DNA from: an uncultured Planctomycetales bacterium
GTDB taxonomy: Bacteria; Planctomycetota; UBA1135
Length of the DNA: 64,000 nt
Direction: 5' to 3'
Assembly (NCBI GenBank): GCA_964342475.1
Contig: CAYFGE010000015.1
Span: forward strand, 1,363 to 65,362
The translations under genes were made by a program, and so were the position numbers. How positions within the stretch are numbered: position 1 is the first letter of the stretch; each line of letters begins with the position of its first letter. The notes beneath the pieces are model-generated. The model ran no database searches. It worked only from the letters and a program-made list of their open reading frames with translations, and had not been told where the DNA came from. Positions 35,291 to 44,800 of this stretch are shown piece after piece.

Positions 35291-35944
35291 ATGGATCGAA
35301 GCCACCACATCCGTATCGCCCCTCCGGACACCCCCTCCTTGGTCCGCGAGTGGCTCCTCACCCGCCGCGCCTTCGAGGCCTTCCACCACCTGCCGCCCGC
35401 GCAGCGGCACGGCCACCTCGGCCGCATGTTCGAGCGCCTGGCGCCGTGGATCCAGCGCGGCGTCCGCGTCGTGGCGATGCGCCACTTCCTCGTCCTGCCC
35501 GAGGAGCTCCTGCTCGCCCGCGTCTTCGCGCGCGCGATGCGCCGCGACCGCCTGCACGACACCCACCCTTCCTTCGCCCTGTGGATCGAGGCCAGCGTGC
35601 TGCGCGACCTGGCCGATCCCGACGACCAGCTCGGGGTGGTCCACGGCGCCTCCGGCGAGCCGAGCCCGCTGCTGCAGCGACGCTTCAACGGGCTGGCCTC
35701 CGCGGACCGCGCCCTGCTGTTCCTCTACCTGGTCGAGGGCCGCGACCGCGCCCAGGTCGCGCGCGCCACCGGAATCCCGGCGGACGACATCACCCTCTCG
35801 CTGTCGCGCGCCTGGAGCGCGCTGACCGACGGCGTCGCCCGCCTCGACCTGCCGCGCGCCTGGCGTCGGCCGGACTTCCTCGACGCCGGCGCCTCGGTGG
35901 TGCGCGAGCGCGAGCGCGAGCGTGAGCGGGAAGGAGAGGCGTGA
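35291..35944 (+). CDS. divergent sigma-70 family (ECF-like) sigma factor
   Basis: 217 aa. The region 2.4-like stretch is PSFALWIEASVLRDLAD. The region 4 HTH is LASADRALLFLYLVEGRDRAQVARATGIPADDITLSLSRAWSALTDG. Region 2.1/2.2 is atypical because I found no DAED..QE-like motif. Confidence 0.65.
   Translation: MDRSHHIRIAPPDTPSLVREWLLTRRAFEAFHHLPPAQRHGHLGRMFERLAPWIQRGVRVVAMRHFLVLPEELLLARVFARAMRRDRLHDTHPSFALWIEASVLRDLADPDDQLGVVHGASGEPSPLLQRRFNGLASADRALLFLYLVEGRDRAQVARATGIPADDITLSLSRAWSALTDGVARLDLPRAWRRPDFLDAGASVVREREREREREGEA
35902..35931 (+). repeat. hexanucleotide (GCGCGA)n microsatellite encoding the Arg-Glu tail of the sigma factor
   Basis: gcgcga gcgcga gcgcga gcgtga gcggga: three perfect and two imperfect copies. 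They encode REREREREREG. Confidence 0.8.
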
Positions 35945-36558
35945 GACGCGACCGGCTGCTCCGCGCCGCGGGCGCCTACGCCGAGGAGATCGCCCGCCAC
36001 CTCGGCGGCCTCACCCTGCAGGCGGCGGTGCTGGCCGGCCTGCGCCTGCGCGACGGCAACAAGTACGCCCCCGACCCGCTGCTGGTCCCGGCGCGGCCCG
36101 ACCGCCTGTTCGCCGAGCTGCGCCGCCTGTGGCTCGAGTACGAGCAGCTCGGCCGCAGCCTCGCCGGCCACGTCGAGGAGCGCGACCGGATCGAGCTGCG
36201 CCTGCGCCGGATGGCCGAGACCGCCTCCTGGCACGACGACCTGGCGCTGGCCGCCCTGGCCGCCGAGCTGTGCCCCGCCGACCCGCTCGCCCGCATCACG
36301 CTGGCGGCGAGCGCCCTGCGCGCCGGCCGCCTCGAGCTCGCCGACCGCGCCATCGCCGGGCTCGGACGCGGGCTGCCGCCACGCACCCTGGCGCGCCTGT
36401 ACCGCAACCGGGCCGGCCTCGAGGAGAAGCGCGGGGACGACCGCCTCGCGCTGCGCTTCGCGCGCCACGCCGTGCAGGTCGACCCGGCCTGCCCCCTCTC
36501 GCGCAGCGACCTGCTCGCCTACGGGGCGAAGCTGCTCGCCGCGCCTTCCCTCACCTGA
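35941..36558 (+). CDS. hypothetical soluble helical-repeat (TPR-like) protein, possible sigma partner
   Basis: The GTG start overlaps the sigma stop (GTGA), with GGAG 4 nt upstream. 205 aa, Ala/Leu/Arg-rich helical repeats. No TM segment and no HxxxCxxC zinc anti-sigma motif. Confidence 0.5.
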   Translation: MRRDRLLRAAGAYAEEIARHLGGLTLQAAVLAGLRLRDGNKYAPDPLLVPARPDRLFAELRRLWLEYEQLGRSLAGHVEERDRIELRLRRMAETASWHDDLALAALAAELCPADPLARITLAASALRAGRLELADRAIAGLGRGLPPRTLARLYRNRAGLEEKRGDDRLALRFARHAVQVDPACPLSRSDLLAYGAKLLAAPSLT

Positions 36559-36575
36559 ACCCGAGGAACCAGATC

Positions 36576-36755
36576 ATGCGAATCTCCCTCCGTCTGCTCC
36601 GCCCGGCGCTGCTCGGGCTCGTCCTGCTGCTCGTGCTCGGCTCCGTTGCCACCGCCGCTCCGGCGGGCGGCTCCGGCCGCGGCGGCGAGGACCCGATCAC
36701 CGGCCACATCGGCGCCTTCCAGGACCACGAGCACCGCCTGCCGGGGCGGCGTTGA
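36576..36755 (+). CDS. 59-aa secreted His-rich peptide
   Basis: GAGGAA lies 5-6 nt upstream of the ATG. The Sec signal is MRISLRLLRPALLGLVLLLVLGSVATA, and the mature part is APAGGSGRGGEDPITGHIGAFQDHEHRLPGRR. Third codon positions are mostly G/C. Its stop overlaps the next start (TGATG). Confidence 0.55.
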   Translation: MRISLRLLRPALLGLVLLLVLGSVATAAPAGGSGRGGEDPITGHIGAFQDHEHRLPGRR

Positions 36756-39700
36756 TGCGTCCCCGCGTCCTGCTGCCGCTCCTGGTCCTGGCGGCGGCCG
36801 TCGGCACCGCCCTCCTCCTCCCGCATGAGGAGGGGGGCGGCCCGGCGGCGGCTGCCGGCCCGCCGGCGCCGGCCGGCGTCGAGGCGCGCGGTTCCGACGA
36901 CGGGGCACCGGGTCCCGGCGGGAGTCCCGCGCGAGCGTCCGGCGTCGAGGCGGTTCCGCCTCCTCCCTCGGCGGGCGCGCCGGCCGAGGCCGCCGGCGCC
37001 GGTCCGCTGCGCCGGGAGCGCGACGCGCGGGGTTGGCGGCTGGACTTCCCCGGGGCCGGCGGGGGCGAGGGCACCCTCCACCTCGTCGCCGTCGACGAGG
37101 GCCTGCAGCAGGCCGTGATGGAGCTCGGCTTCAACGGCGACGACCTGCTCGCGCATCCCGCCCACCGCGCGCTGCCGCTGCGCGACGGCGCCGCCGACTG
37201 CACCGCGCTCGAGGCCGGCGCCGAGTACCTCGCCTGGACCGAGCTGCCCGGTCGGCGCAGCGAAGCGCGCTACCTGCGCTTCCCGCTCGACGACTCCGAG
37301 TGGCCCCTGAGCCCGGCCGAGGGTCTGCGCGTCCGCGTTCAGCGCCGCGACGGCCAGCCGCTCGCCGGGGTCGAGGTCCACGTCTTCGCCGCCACCTCCG
37401 ACACCGGTTACCTGTCGCTCGGCTGGCGCGAACGCCTGCTGCGCAAGTTCTTCCGCTGGGAAGGGCGCACCGACGACGAGGGGCGCGTCGCGCTCGACCA
37501 CCCGACCGCTGCGCCGATGTCGGTCAGTTGCGGCGAGGTGCCCGGGCTCAGCATCGAGGTCGCCTACGAGGTCTCCGATGGCGAGGAGCTCGTGCTGACC
37601 GGCGCTCCCGCCTTCGCCGCCCACGGCCGCGTGCTCGACGAGGACGGCCAGCCGGTCGGCTCGGGCTTCGTCGGCTTCCTCCACCTGGCCGAGGGCCGGA
37701 CGCAGGAGGCGGGCAGCGCGCGCCTCGACGCGGAGGGCCGCTACGTCTGCAACGACGTCTCCGCCGAGCCGAGCGCGCTGCTGGCCGTCGCCTACTGCGA
37801 CGGCTACGTGATGGCGACGCAGCCGGTCCTGCGCCCGGTGGCCGGCGACGAGCTGCGCCTCGACTTCCGGCTGCGGCGGGCGGTCCCGGTGACGCTGCGC
37901 CTGCGCCTGCCGGACGGCAGCCCGGCCGCCGGCGTCCGCGGCATGGCGACGCGCGACGGTTACGACTGGGTGCCGGGCAGCGCCGTCTCCGACGAGGCGG
38001 GCGTGATGGCGCTGGCGGCCGGCTTCGCCCCGGGGGAGGCCTGCCTGCTGCGCTGGTGGGCCGACAGCTGGAAGGGGGAGCCGCTGCCTTTCGAGGTCCC
38101 GCCCGACCCGGCCGAGGTCGTCGAGCTCGAGCTGCCGCCGATGGGCTGGTTCTCGTCCACCGCGGCGCGCGGCCTGCCCGCCGGACTCGCCGATGGCGCC
38201 CTCTTCGAGTACCGCGGCGAGCGCCACGGCGCCGAGCGCGGCCAGGTCTGGACGCCCGGCGAAGCCAGCCCCTGGCTGCCGGCCGGTCCCGGCGTGGTGC
38301 AGCTGGTCGCCGCCGACGGCAGCCGCGTCGAGCGCCGCGTCAGCCTGCGTCCGGGGGACAACGGCGCCCTCGAGATGGAGTGGGGCACCGCGCCGCTGCG
38401 CTTCACCCTGCCGCCCCGCACGGACGGCGCGGACTGGGAGCTTTGGACCGTGGACCGCTTCGGTAGCCGCAGCGACGCCTGGTCGCTCGCCGCAGGGCCG
38501 CAGGAGCTCGAGCTCCCGCTCGGCCGGCACGTCCTCGGGGTGGCCACCGGCACGCCGCGCGGCACCGCGGTCGGCCCCTTCCAACTCGGCCCCGCCGGCC
38601 TCGACCTCGGCACGCTGCGCCTCGGCGGCGGCAGCCTCGCCGGGCGGGTGTCGACCGAGGACGGCGAACCCTGGACCGGCCTCGAGGTCTCGCTCGAGCG
38701 CGATGACGGCTGGTACGGCGGAACGGTCGCGGTCGGTCCCGACGGCGGCTGGGCCTTCACCGGCCTGGCTGCGGGACGCTACCGCCTGGGGCTGCGCCCG
38801 AGCGGCGCCCAGCTGCTGTTCCGCGCCGACCAGGAGCGCCAGGTCGAACTCGGCGCGGGCGAGCAGCGCGCCGGCCTCGACTTCGTGGTCCCGGTGGACG
38901 GGACGGTCGAGGTGCAGCTCCCGCCGGACGCGCCCCGGCCCCTGCGCGGCTTCCGCGCCTCCTCCGGCGGGCTGGAACTCGCGCCGGTGGGAGGTGGGGG
39001 CGGCTTCCGCGTGTCCGCTCCCGCCGCCGGCGACTGGCTGGGCGGCTTCCGCCTCGGCCTCGGCGCGCTGAGGATCGACGCGGTGGCCGTCGCCGTGCCG
39101 AGCGACACGCGCTTCGAGGTGGGGCCCGCGGCGGACGAGCGCGCGCCGCGCCTGGTCGGGCCTGCCGGGCAGCCGCTCGCCGCGGCCCTGGTCCGCGCGC
39201 GCCTCGCCGGCGCCGAGCTCCCCGGCGCGGCGTCGACCGACGCCGAGGGCGTCCTGGCTGTGACCACGCCGCCGGGCCTGCCGCTCGAGCTGCTCGTCGC
39301 CCTGCCCGGCGGCGGTTGGGAACGCCTCGAGGCCGGAGCCCTGCCGGCGGGCGGGGAGCTGGTCGTCGGCGCGGCGGTCACCTCCTGCGCGGTGCGGTGC
39401 ACCGACCTGGCGGGCGCGCCGCTGGCCGGGGTCACGGTGTGGAACCCGGCGACCGGCGCGCGGCGTCCGACCGACGCCGCCGGCAACGCCCGCGTCGCGG
39501 CGGCAGCCGGCGCCGAGCGGCTGCGCGTCGAGCTGCCCGGTCACTGGCCGCTGCGCGTCACCGCCCAGCCCTCGCTCGAGCTCGTCCTTCGCCGCCGCGT
39601 CCCGGTCCTGCTGCTGCGCGCGCCGGCCGGCTCGGCGGCGGCGCGGCTCGTGGTGGCGCCGGACTTCGAGCTGGGCGAGCCCTTCGAGCCCGTGCTCGTC

Positions 39701-39841
39701 GAGACCGGCGAGGGCTGGGAGCTGCGCGGCTTCCCCGAGGGCGACTACCGCTGGTGGCTGTCCGACGCCGCCGGCGCGCCGCTCGCCGCGGGCGCCGCGC
39801 GCTGGACCGCCGACGGCCCGGCGGAGGTCGAGCTGCGCTGA
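36755..39841 (+). CDS. 1028-aa secreted protein built from repeated carboxypeptidase-regulatory-like beta-sandwich units
   Basis: Signal MRPRVLLPLLVLAAAVGTALL is followed by a Pro/Ala/Gly linker. A recurring unit has the form 'V.D..G.P..G..V......TD..G...': VQRRDGQPLAGVEVHVF..TDDEGRVAL; GRVLDEDGQPVGSGFVGF..LDAEGRYVC; GRVSTEDGEPWTGLEVSLE..GPDGGWAFTGLAAGRYRL; VRCTDLAGAPLAGVTVWN..TDAAGNARV. Confidence 0.7.
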   Translation: MRPRVLLPLLVLAAAVGTALLLPHEEGGGPAAAAGPPAPAGVEARGSDDGAPGPGGSPARASGVEAVPPPPSAGAPAEAAGAGPLRRERDARGWRLDFPGAGGGEGTLHLVAVDEGLQQAVMELGFNGDDLLAHPAHRALPLRDGAADCTALEAGAEYLAWTELPGRRSEARYLRFPLDDSEWPLSPAEGLRVRVQRRDGQPLAGVEVHVFAATSDTGYLSLGWRERLLRKFFRWEGRTDDEGRVALDHPTAAPMSVSCGEVPGLSIEVAYEVSDGEELVLTGAPAFAAHGRVLDEDGQPVGSGFVGFLHLAEGRTQEAGSARLDAEGRYVCNDVSAEPSALLAVAYCDGYVMATQPVLRPVAGDELRLDFRLRRAVPVTLRLRLPDGSPAAGVRGMATRDGYDWVPGSAVSDEAGVMALAAGFAPGEACLLRWWADSWKGEPLPFEVPPDPAEVVELELPPMGWFSSTAARGLPAGLADGALFEYRGERHGAERGQVWTPGEASPWLPAGPGVVQLVAADGSRVERRVSLRPGDNGALEMEWGTAPLRFTLPPRTDGADWELWTVDRFGSRSDAWSLAAGPQELELPLGRHVLGVATGTPRGTAVGPFQLGPAGLDLGTLRLGGGSLAGRVSTEDGEPWTGLEVSLERDDGWYGGTVAVGPDGGWAFTGLAAGRYRLGLRPSGAQLLFRADQERQVELGAGEQRAGLDFVVPVDGTVEVQLPPDAPRPLRGFRASSGGLELAPVGGGGGFRVSAPAAGDWLGGFRLGLGALRIDAVAVAVPSDTRFEVGPAADERAPRLVGPAGQPLAAALVRARLAGAELPGAASTDAEGVLAVTTPPGLPLELLVALPGGGWERLEAGALPAGGELVVGAAVTSCAVRCTDLAGAPLAGVTVWNPATGARRPTDAAGNARVAAAAGAERLRVELPGHWPLRVTAQPSLELVLRRRVPVLLLRAPAGSAAARLVVAPDFELGEPFEPVLVETGEGWELRGFPEGDYRWWLSDAAGAPLAAGAARWTADGPAEVELR

Positions 39842-39876
39842 GCCGGGGTGGCCCGCGCCGCGGTTAGACTCCCCTC

Positions 39877-40290
39877 ATGCGCGGCGCGGGCCTCCTCCTC
39901 GTCCCGGTCCTCCTCCTCGCCGGTTGCGGCCACGGCCGCCCCGAGCGCACCGAGGTGGCGCCGATCCCGCAGCCCCGCGCCGAGGGCGAGTGGGCGGTGA
40001 TGCTCGAGGTGACCGACGAGGCCAGCGGCGCGCCGGTGGACGGCGCCGTGGTCCAGGCCCTGCTGCAGTCCTCGCTCGGCGGCGAGGTCGAGCCGGTGCC
40101 GGTCGCCGAGGGGATGACCGACGCCAGCGGCCGCGCGACCCTCGACCGCCTGCCGCCCGAGGGCGTGCTGCTGCGCGCGCTGCGCCCCGGCTACCGCGTG
40201 AACGCCGTGGTCAGCCAGCCGCCGGCCCCGCCGGAGGACGGCGGCCCGCCCTTCGCGCGGGTGCCGCTGCGGCTGACGCGCGAGGGCTAG
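39877..40290 (+). CDS. small lipoprotein with one carboxypeptidase-regulatory-like unit
   Basis: Lipobox LLLLAGCGH. The same unit as in the upstream giant gene is present: VTDEASGAPVDGAVVQAL...MTDASGRATL..L..GVLLRALRPGY. Confidence 0.6.
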   Translation: MRGAGLLLVPVLLLAGCGHGRPERTEVAPIPQPRAEGEWAVMLEVTDEASGAPVDGAVVQALLQSSLGGEVEPVPVAEGMTDASGRATLDRLPPEGVLLRALRPGYRVNAVVSQPPAPPEDGGPPFARVPLRLTREG

Positions 40291-40302
40291 ACTCGGCGCT
40301 CC

Positions 40303-41787
40303 GTGCGCCGCCTCCTCGCTCCGCTCCTCCTCCTCCCGCTCGCCGCCTGCGCCCAGGCGCCGGCCGGTTCCGCGTCGGACCCCGTCGCCCCCGCCGCCGC
40401 GCCCGCCGCCGCCTCCGCCGCTGCGCCCGCTCCCGCCGCCGACCTGGGTCTCCCCAGCGTCGCGGAAGCCGCCGCCCGCGTGGACGCCCTGCTCGACGAG
40501 GGCCTGCGCGACCACCGCGCCTTCGCCCTGCTCCGCGACCTGTGCGAGCGCGCGCCGCACCGCTTGGCCGGCTCGGCGGGCTACGCCGAGGCCGCCGCCT
40601 GGGCCGAGGAGTCGCTGCGCGCCGCCGGCCTGCAGAACGTCCGCCGCCAGGCCCTGCTCGCCGAGCACTGGGTGCGCGGCTCGGTCGAGCGCGTCACCCT
40701 GAACACCGGCCTGCTCGGCGCGCAGGAGCTGGCGGCCTGCTCGCTCGGCCGCTCGGTCGGCACTCCCCCCGGCGGCATCACCGCGCCGGTGGTCGAGGTG
40801 GCCGGGGTGGACGACCTCCTCGCCCGCGCCGAGTCCGGTGAGTCCTTCTCCGGCAAGGTGGTCTTCTTCAACGGCCCGATGGAGCCGACCGTGCGCGCCA
40901 CCTTCCAGGCCTACGGAAGCGCGGTGGGCCAGCGCTCGCGCGGCGCGGCCGAGGCGGCGCGTGTCGGTGGGGTGGCGGCCCTGGTGCGCTCGATGAGCAC
41001 CGCGCTCGACGACGCCCCGCACACCGGCGCGCTGCGCTACGACGACGACGTCCCGCCGGTGCCGGCCATGGCCCTCGGCGTGCTGAGCGCCGAGACGCTG
41101 AGCGCGGCGCTGCGCGCGGGTTCCGTCGAGTCGGTGACGCTCGAGTCGGACTGCCGCATGCTGCCGCCGGCGCGCACCTGGAACGTGATGGGGGAGATCC
41201 CCGGCACGACCCGGCCCGAGGAGGTCCTCGTGGTCGGCGGCCACCTCGACGGCTGGGACAAGGGGCAGGGCGCCCACGACGACGGCGGCGGCTGCGCGGC
41301 TTCGATCGAGGCGGCCCGCCTGCTGCTCGCCACCGGCTTCCGTCCCGAGCGCACGATCCGCGTGGTGCTGTTCGCCAACGAGGAGAACGGCCTCGCCGGC
41401 GGCCGCGCCTACGCCGCGGAGCACGGCCCCGAGGAGCGCCACCTGCTGGCCCTGGAGAGCGACAGCGGCAGCTTCGCCCCGCGCGGCATCGCCCTGAGCC
41501 TGCCGGACGGGGTGCTGGAGCGGCTGCGCCCGCTGGGCGCCCCGCTGGCCGCGGTGGGCGCCGAGCGCGTCCTGCCGGGCGGGGGCGGGGCCGACATCGG
41601 CCCCCTGCGCGAGCACGGCTGCCGCCTGGGCTCGCTGCGGGTGGAGGACTCGCGCTACTTCGACCTCCACCACAGCGACAACGACACCCTCGACCAGGTC
41701 AACCCGCGCGAGCTCGAACTCGGCGCGGTGGTCCTGGCCCACTGGCTCGCCGTCCTGTCCGGGGCGGACGAGGCGGTGTTCGGTTGA
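40303..41787 (+). CDS. M28 family metallopeptidase lipoprotein (with PA-like insert)
   Basis: GTG start with lipobox LLLLPLAACAQ. The zinc-site contexts are VVGGHLDGWDKGQGAHDDGGGCAASIEAARLL and VLFANEENGLAGGRAYA, with a C-terminal HHSDNDT. Confidence 0.8.
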   Translation: MRRLLAPLLLLPLAACAQAPAGSASDPVAPAAAPAAASAAAPAPAADLGLPSVAEAAARVDALLDEGLRDHRAFALLRDLCERAPHRLAGSAGYAEAAAWAEESLRAAGLQNVRRQALLAEHWVRGSVERVTLNTGLLGAQELAACSLGRSVGTPPGGITAPVVEVAGVDDLLARAESGESFSGKVVFFNGPMEPTVRATFQAYGSAVGQRSRGAAEAARVGGVAALVRSMSTALDDAPHTGALRYDDDVPPVPAMALGVLSAETLSAALRAGSVESVTLESDCRMLPPARTWNVMGEIPGTTRPEEVLVVGGHLDGWDKGQGAHDDGGGCAASIEAARLLLATGFRPERTIRVVLFANEENGLAGGRAYAAEHGPEERHLLALESDSGSFAPRGIALSLPDGVLERLRPLGAPLAAVGAERVLPGGGGADIGPLREHGCRLGSLRVEDSRYFDLHHSDNDTLDQVNPRELELGAVVLAHWLAVLSGADEAVFG

Positions 41788-41899
41788 CCCCGCGCGGAAA
41801 GCGGGGGAAACTACAAGGTCGGCCGAGGCCGGCCGCCACCCCGGAGACGGGGTCCAGCCGCCCGCGGCCGCGCGTCCGGGAGGCCCAGCCACCACCACC

Positions 41900-44800
41900 A
41901 TGCCCATCGACTTCAAGGAGCAGTTCGGCGTCAACGCCGGCTACGTCGAATCCCTCTTCGACCAGTGGCGCAGCGACGCCGCCGCCGTCGACCCCGAGTG
42001 GGCGCGGTGGTTCGAGCGCACCGCGCCGGCCGTCGAGCCCGCCGCGCCCAAGGGGCCGGTCGAGACCGACGAGGAGGTCGCCGAGCCGCTGCGCGGGGTG
42101 GCCGCGCGCATCGCGGCCAACATGGAGGACAGCCTGGAGGTGCCGACCGCGACCACGGTCCGCACCCTGCCGGTCAAGGTCCTCGACGAGAACCGCCGCG
42201 TGCTCAACGCGCACATGAAGGTGCGCGCGCTGGGCAAGGCCAGCTACACCCACCTGGTCGCCTACGCGCTGGTCCGCGCCATCGCCGAGATGCCGAACGT
42301 CCAGTCGCGCTCGGAGGAGCGCGACGGCAAGCCGTACAAGGTCACGCCGAAGCACGTCAACCTGGGCATCGCGATCGACGTGCCGGGCGCCGGCGGCAAG
42401 CGCAGCCTGGTGGTGCCCTCGCTGAAGGCCTGCGAGGAGATGGACTTCAAGCAGTTCTACGACGCCTACCAGGACGCCGTGGAGCGCGGCCGCAACGGCA
42501 AGCTCACCGCCGCCGACTTCGCCGGCACGACCGTCTCGCTGACCAACCCGGGCGGCTTCGGCACCCATCTGTCGGTGCCGCGCCTGATGAAGGGGCAGGG
42601 CCTGATCGTCGCCACCGGCGGCATCGGCGTGCCGACCGAGGTGCGCTACGTGTCGCCCTCGCACCAGGCCGAGATGGCCATCTCGCCGGTGATGACGGTG
42701 ACCAGCACCTACGACCACCGCACCGTACAGGGCGCCGAGAGCGGCCTGCTGCTGCGCCGGCTCGAGGAGCTGCTCGAGGGCGCCGACGGCTTCTGGGACG
42801 ACATCTTCGGCTGCATGCGCGTGCCGTGGACGCCGTTCAAGGCCGGCACCGACGCCGACGACAAGGGCGCCGGCCTGACCCCGGCCGAGAAGCAGGGCAA
42901 GGTCTGGCTGCTGATCAACGCCTACCGCGTGCGCGGCTGCCGCCTGGCCGACCTCGACCCGCTCGAGTACCGCCCCGACCCGCTGCCCTCGCTCGACCCG
43001 AGCTGGTACGGCTTCACCATCTGGGACCTCGACCGCGAGTTCCTCACCGACGGCATGTGCGGCAAGCCGGTGATGACCCTGCGCGAGATCCTCGAGGTGC
43101 TGCGCGAGACCTACTGCCGGCGCTGGGGCATCGAGTACATGCACGTGGTCAACCGCGAGCGGAAGCACTGGATCCGCGAGCGCGTCGAGCCGCGGCGCAA
43201 CGAGGAGGTCTTCGACCAGCGCGCGCGCCGCCGCCTGCTGCGCCGCTTGATCAAGGCCGAGAACTTCGAGCGCTTCCTGCAGACCCGCTACCCGGGCAAC
43301 AAGCGCTTCTCGCTCGAGGGCGCCGACACGCTGGTGCCGATGATGGGCGAGATCCTCGACCGCCTGGCCGAGGACGGCGTCGAGCGCGTGGTGATCGGCA
43401 TGGCCCACCGCGGCCGCCTCAACGTGCTCGCCAACCTGATGAACAAGAGCTACGAGCGCATCTTCGGCGAGTTCGAGGCGGTCAAGCTGCCCAGCCTCTC
43501 CGAGGGATCGGGCGACGTGAAGTACCACCAGGGCCAGCGCGGGGTCTACGAGACGCCGAGCGGCAAGCAGGTCGAGGTGCTGCTGTCGGCCAACCCCAGC
43601 CACCTCGAGGCGGTCGACCCGGTGGTCTGCGGCATGGTGCGCGGCCACCAGGACCGCGACGGCGACACCGCCCGGCGCAAGACGGTCGGCATCCTGGTCC
43701 ACGGCGACGCCGCCTTCACCGGCCAGGGCGTGGTGGCCGAGACCCTGCAGATGAGCGCGCTGCGCGCCTACGGCACGGGCGGCACGATCCACATCGTGGT
43801 CAACAACCAGATCGGCTTCACCGCCAGCCCGCAGGACCTGCACTCGACCTACTCCTGCACCGACATCGCCAAGATGATCCAGGCGCCGGTGCTGCACGCC
43901 AACGGTGACTACCCCGAGTCGGTGCTGAAGGCCGCCCACGTGGCGGTGGACTACCACGCCGAGTTCAACGCCGACGTCGTGGTCGACATGGTCTGCTACC
44001 GCCGCCGCGGCCACAACGAGGGCGACGAGCCGGCCTACACCCAGCCGCTGCTCTACCAGAAGATCGCCCAGCACCCGACCGTGCGCGAGACCTACATCGA
44101 GCTGCTGGTGCGCCGCGGGTCGATGACGCGCGAGGAGTGCGAGGCGCTGAGCGAGCAGTACGACGAGGAGCTGCGCGCCGCGCTGGAGAAGTCGCGCGAG
44201 GCCGACGCGCAGGAGGAGGGCCCGGCCGAGCCCTTCGTGCTGCCGACGACCCACCCCGGCGACTGGTGCGACGCCGAGTCGCCGGTCACCGCGGTGGCCG
44301 CGGCCAAGCTGGTCGACCTGGTCGACCGCAGCAACGCGATGCCCGAGGGGCACGTCGTCCACCCCAACCTGCTGCGCCAGCTGCACCGCCGCGAGGACAT
44401 GGTGCGCGGCAAGCGCGACCTCGACTGGGGTTGCGCCGAGGCCGTCGCCTTCGGCTCCCTGCTCGAGGACGGCGTGTCGATCCGCCTGTCCGGCCAGGAC
44501 AGCGGCCGCGGCACCTTCAGCCACCGCCACGCGGTGATCCGCGACCAGGTGACGGCGGCCGACCACGTGCCGCTGGCGCACATCTCCGAGCGCGCCAGCT
44601 TCGAGGCCTGGGACTCGCTGCTCAGCGAGGAGGCCGTGCTCGGCTTCGAGTACGGCTACGCCGCCAGCCGCCCCGAGGCGATGGTGCTGTGGGAGGCGCA
44701 GTTCGGCGACTTCGTCAACGGCGCGCAGATCCCGATCGACCAGTTCCTGGTCGCCGGCGAGTCGAAGTGGGCGCAGCGCGTCGGCCTGACCCTGCTGCTG

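Noticed and set aside
40370-40440. GC-rich triplet-repeat-like DNA (also 36840-37010 and 51590-51650) considered as tandem repeats or a CRISPR-like array
   Set aside because: These are in-frame Ala/Pro/Gly low-complexity linkers inside coding genes. There is no repeat-spacer periodicity. No CRISPR array is present in the window.
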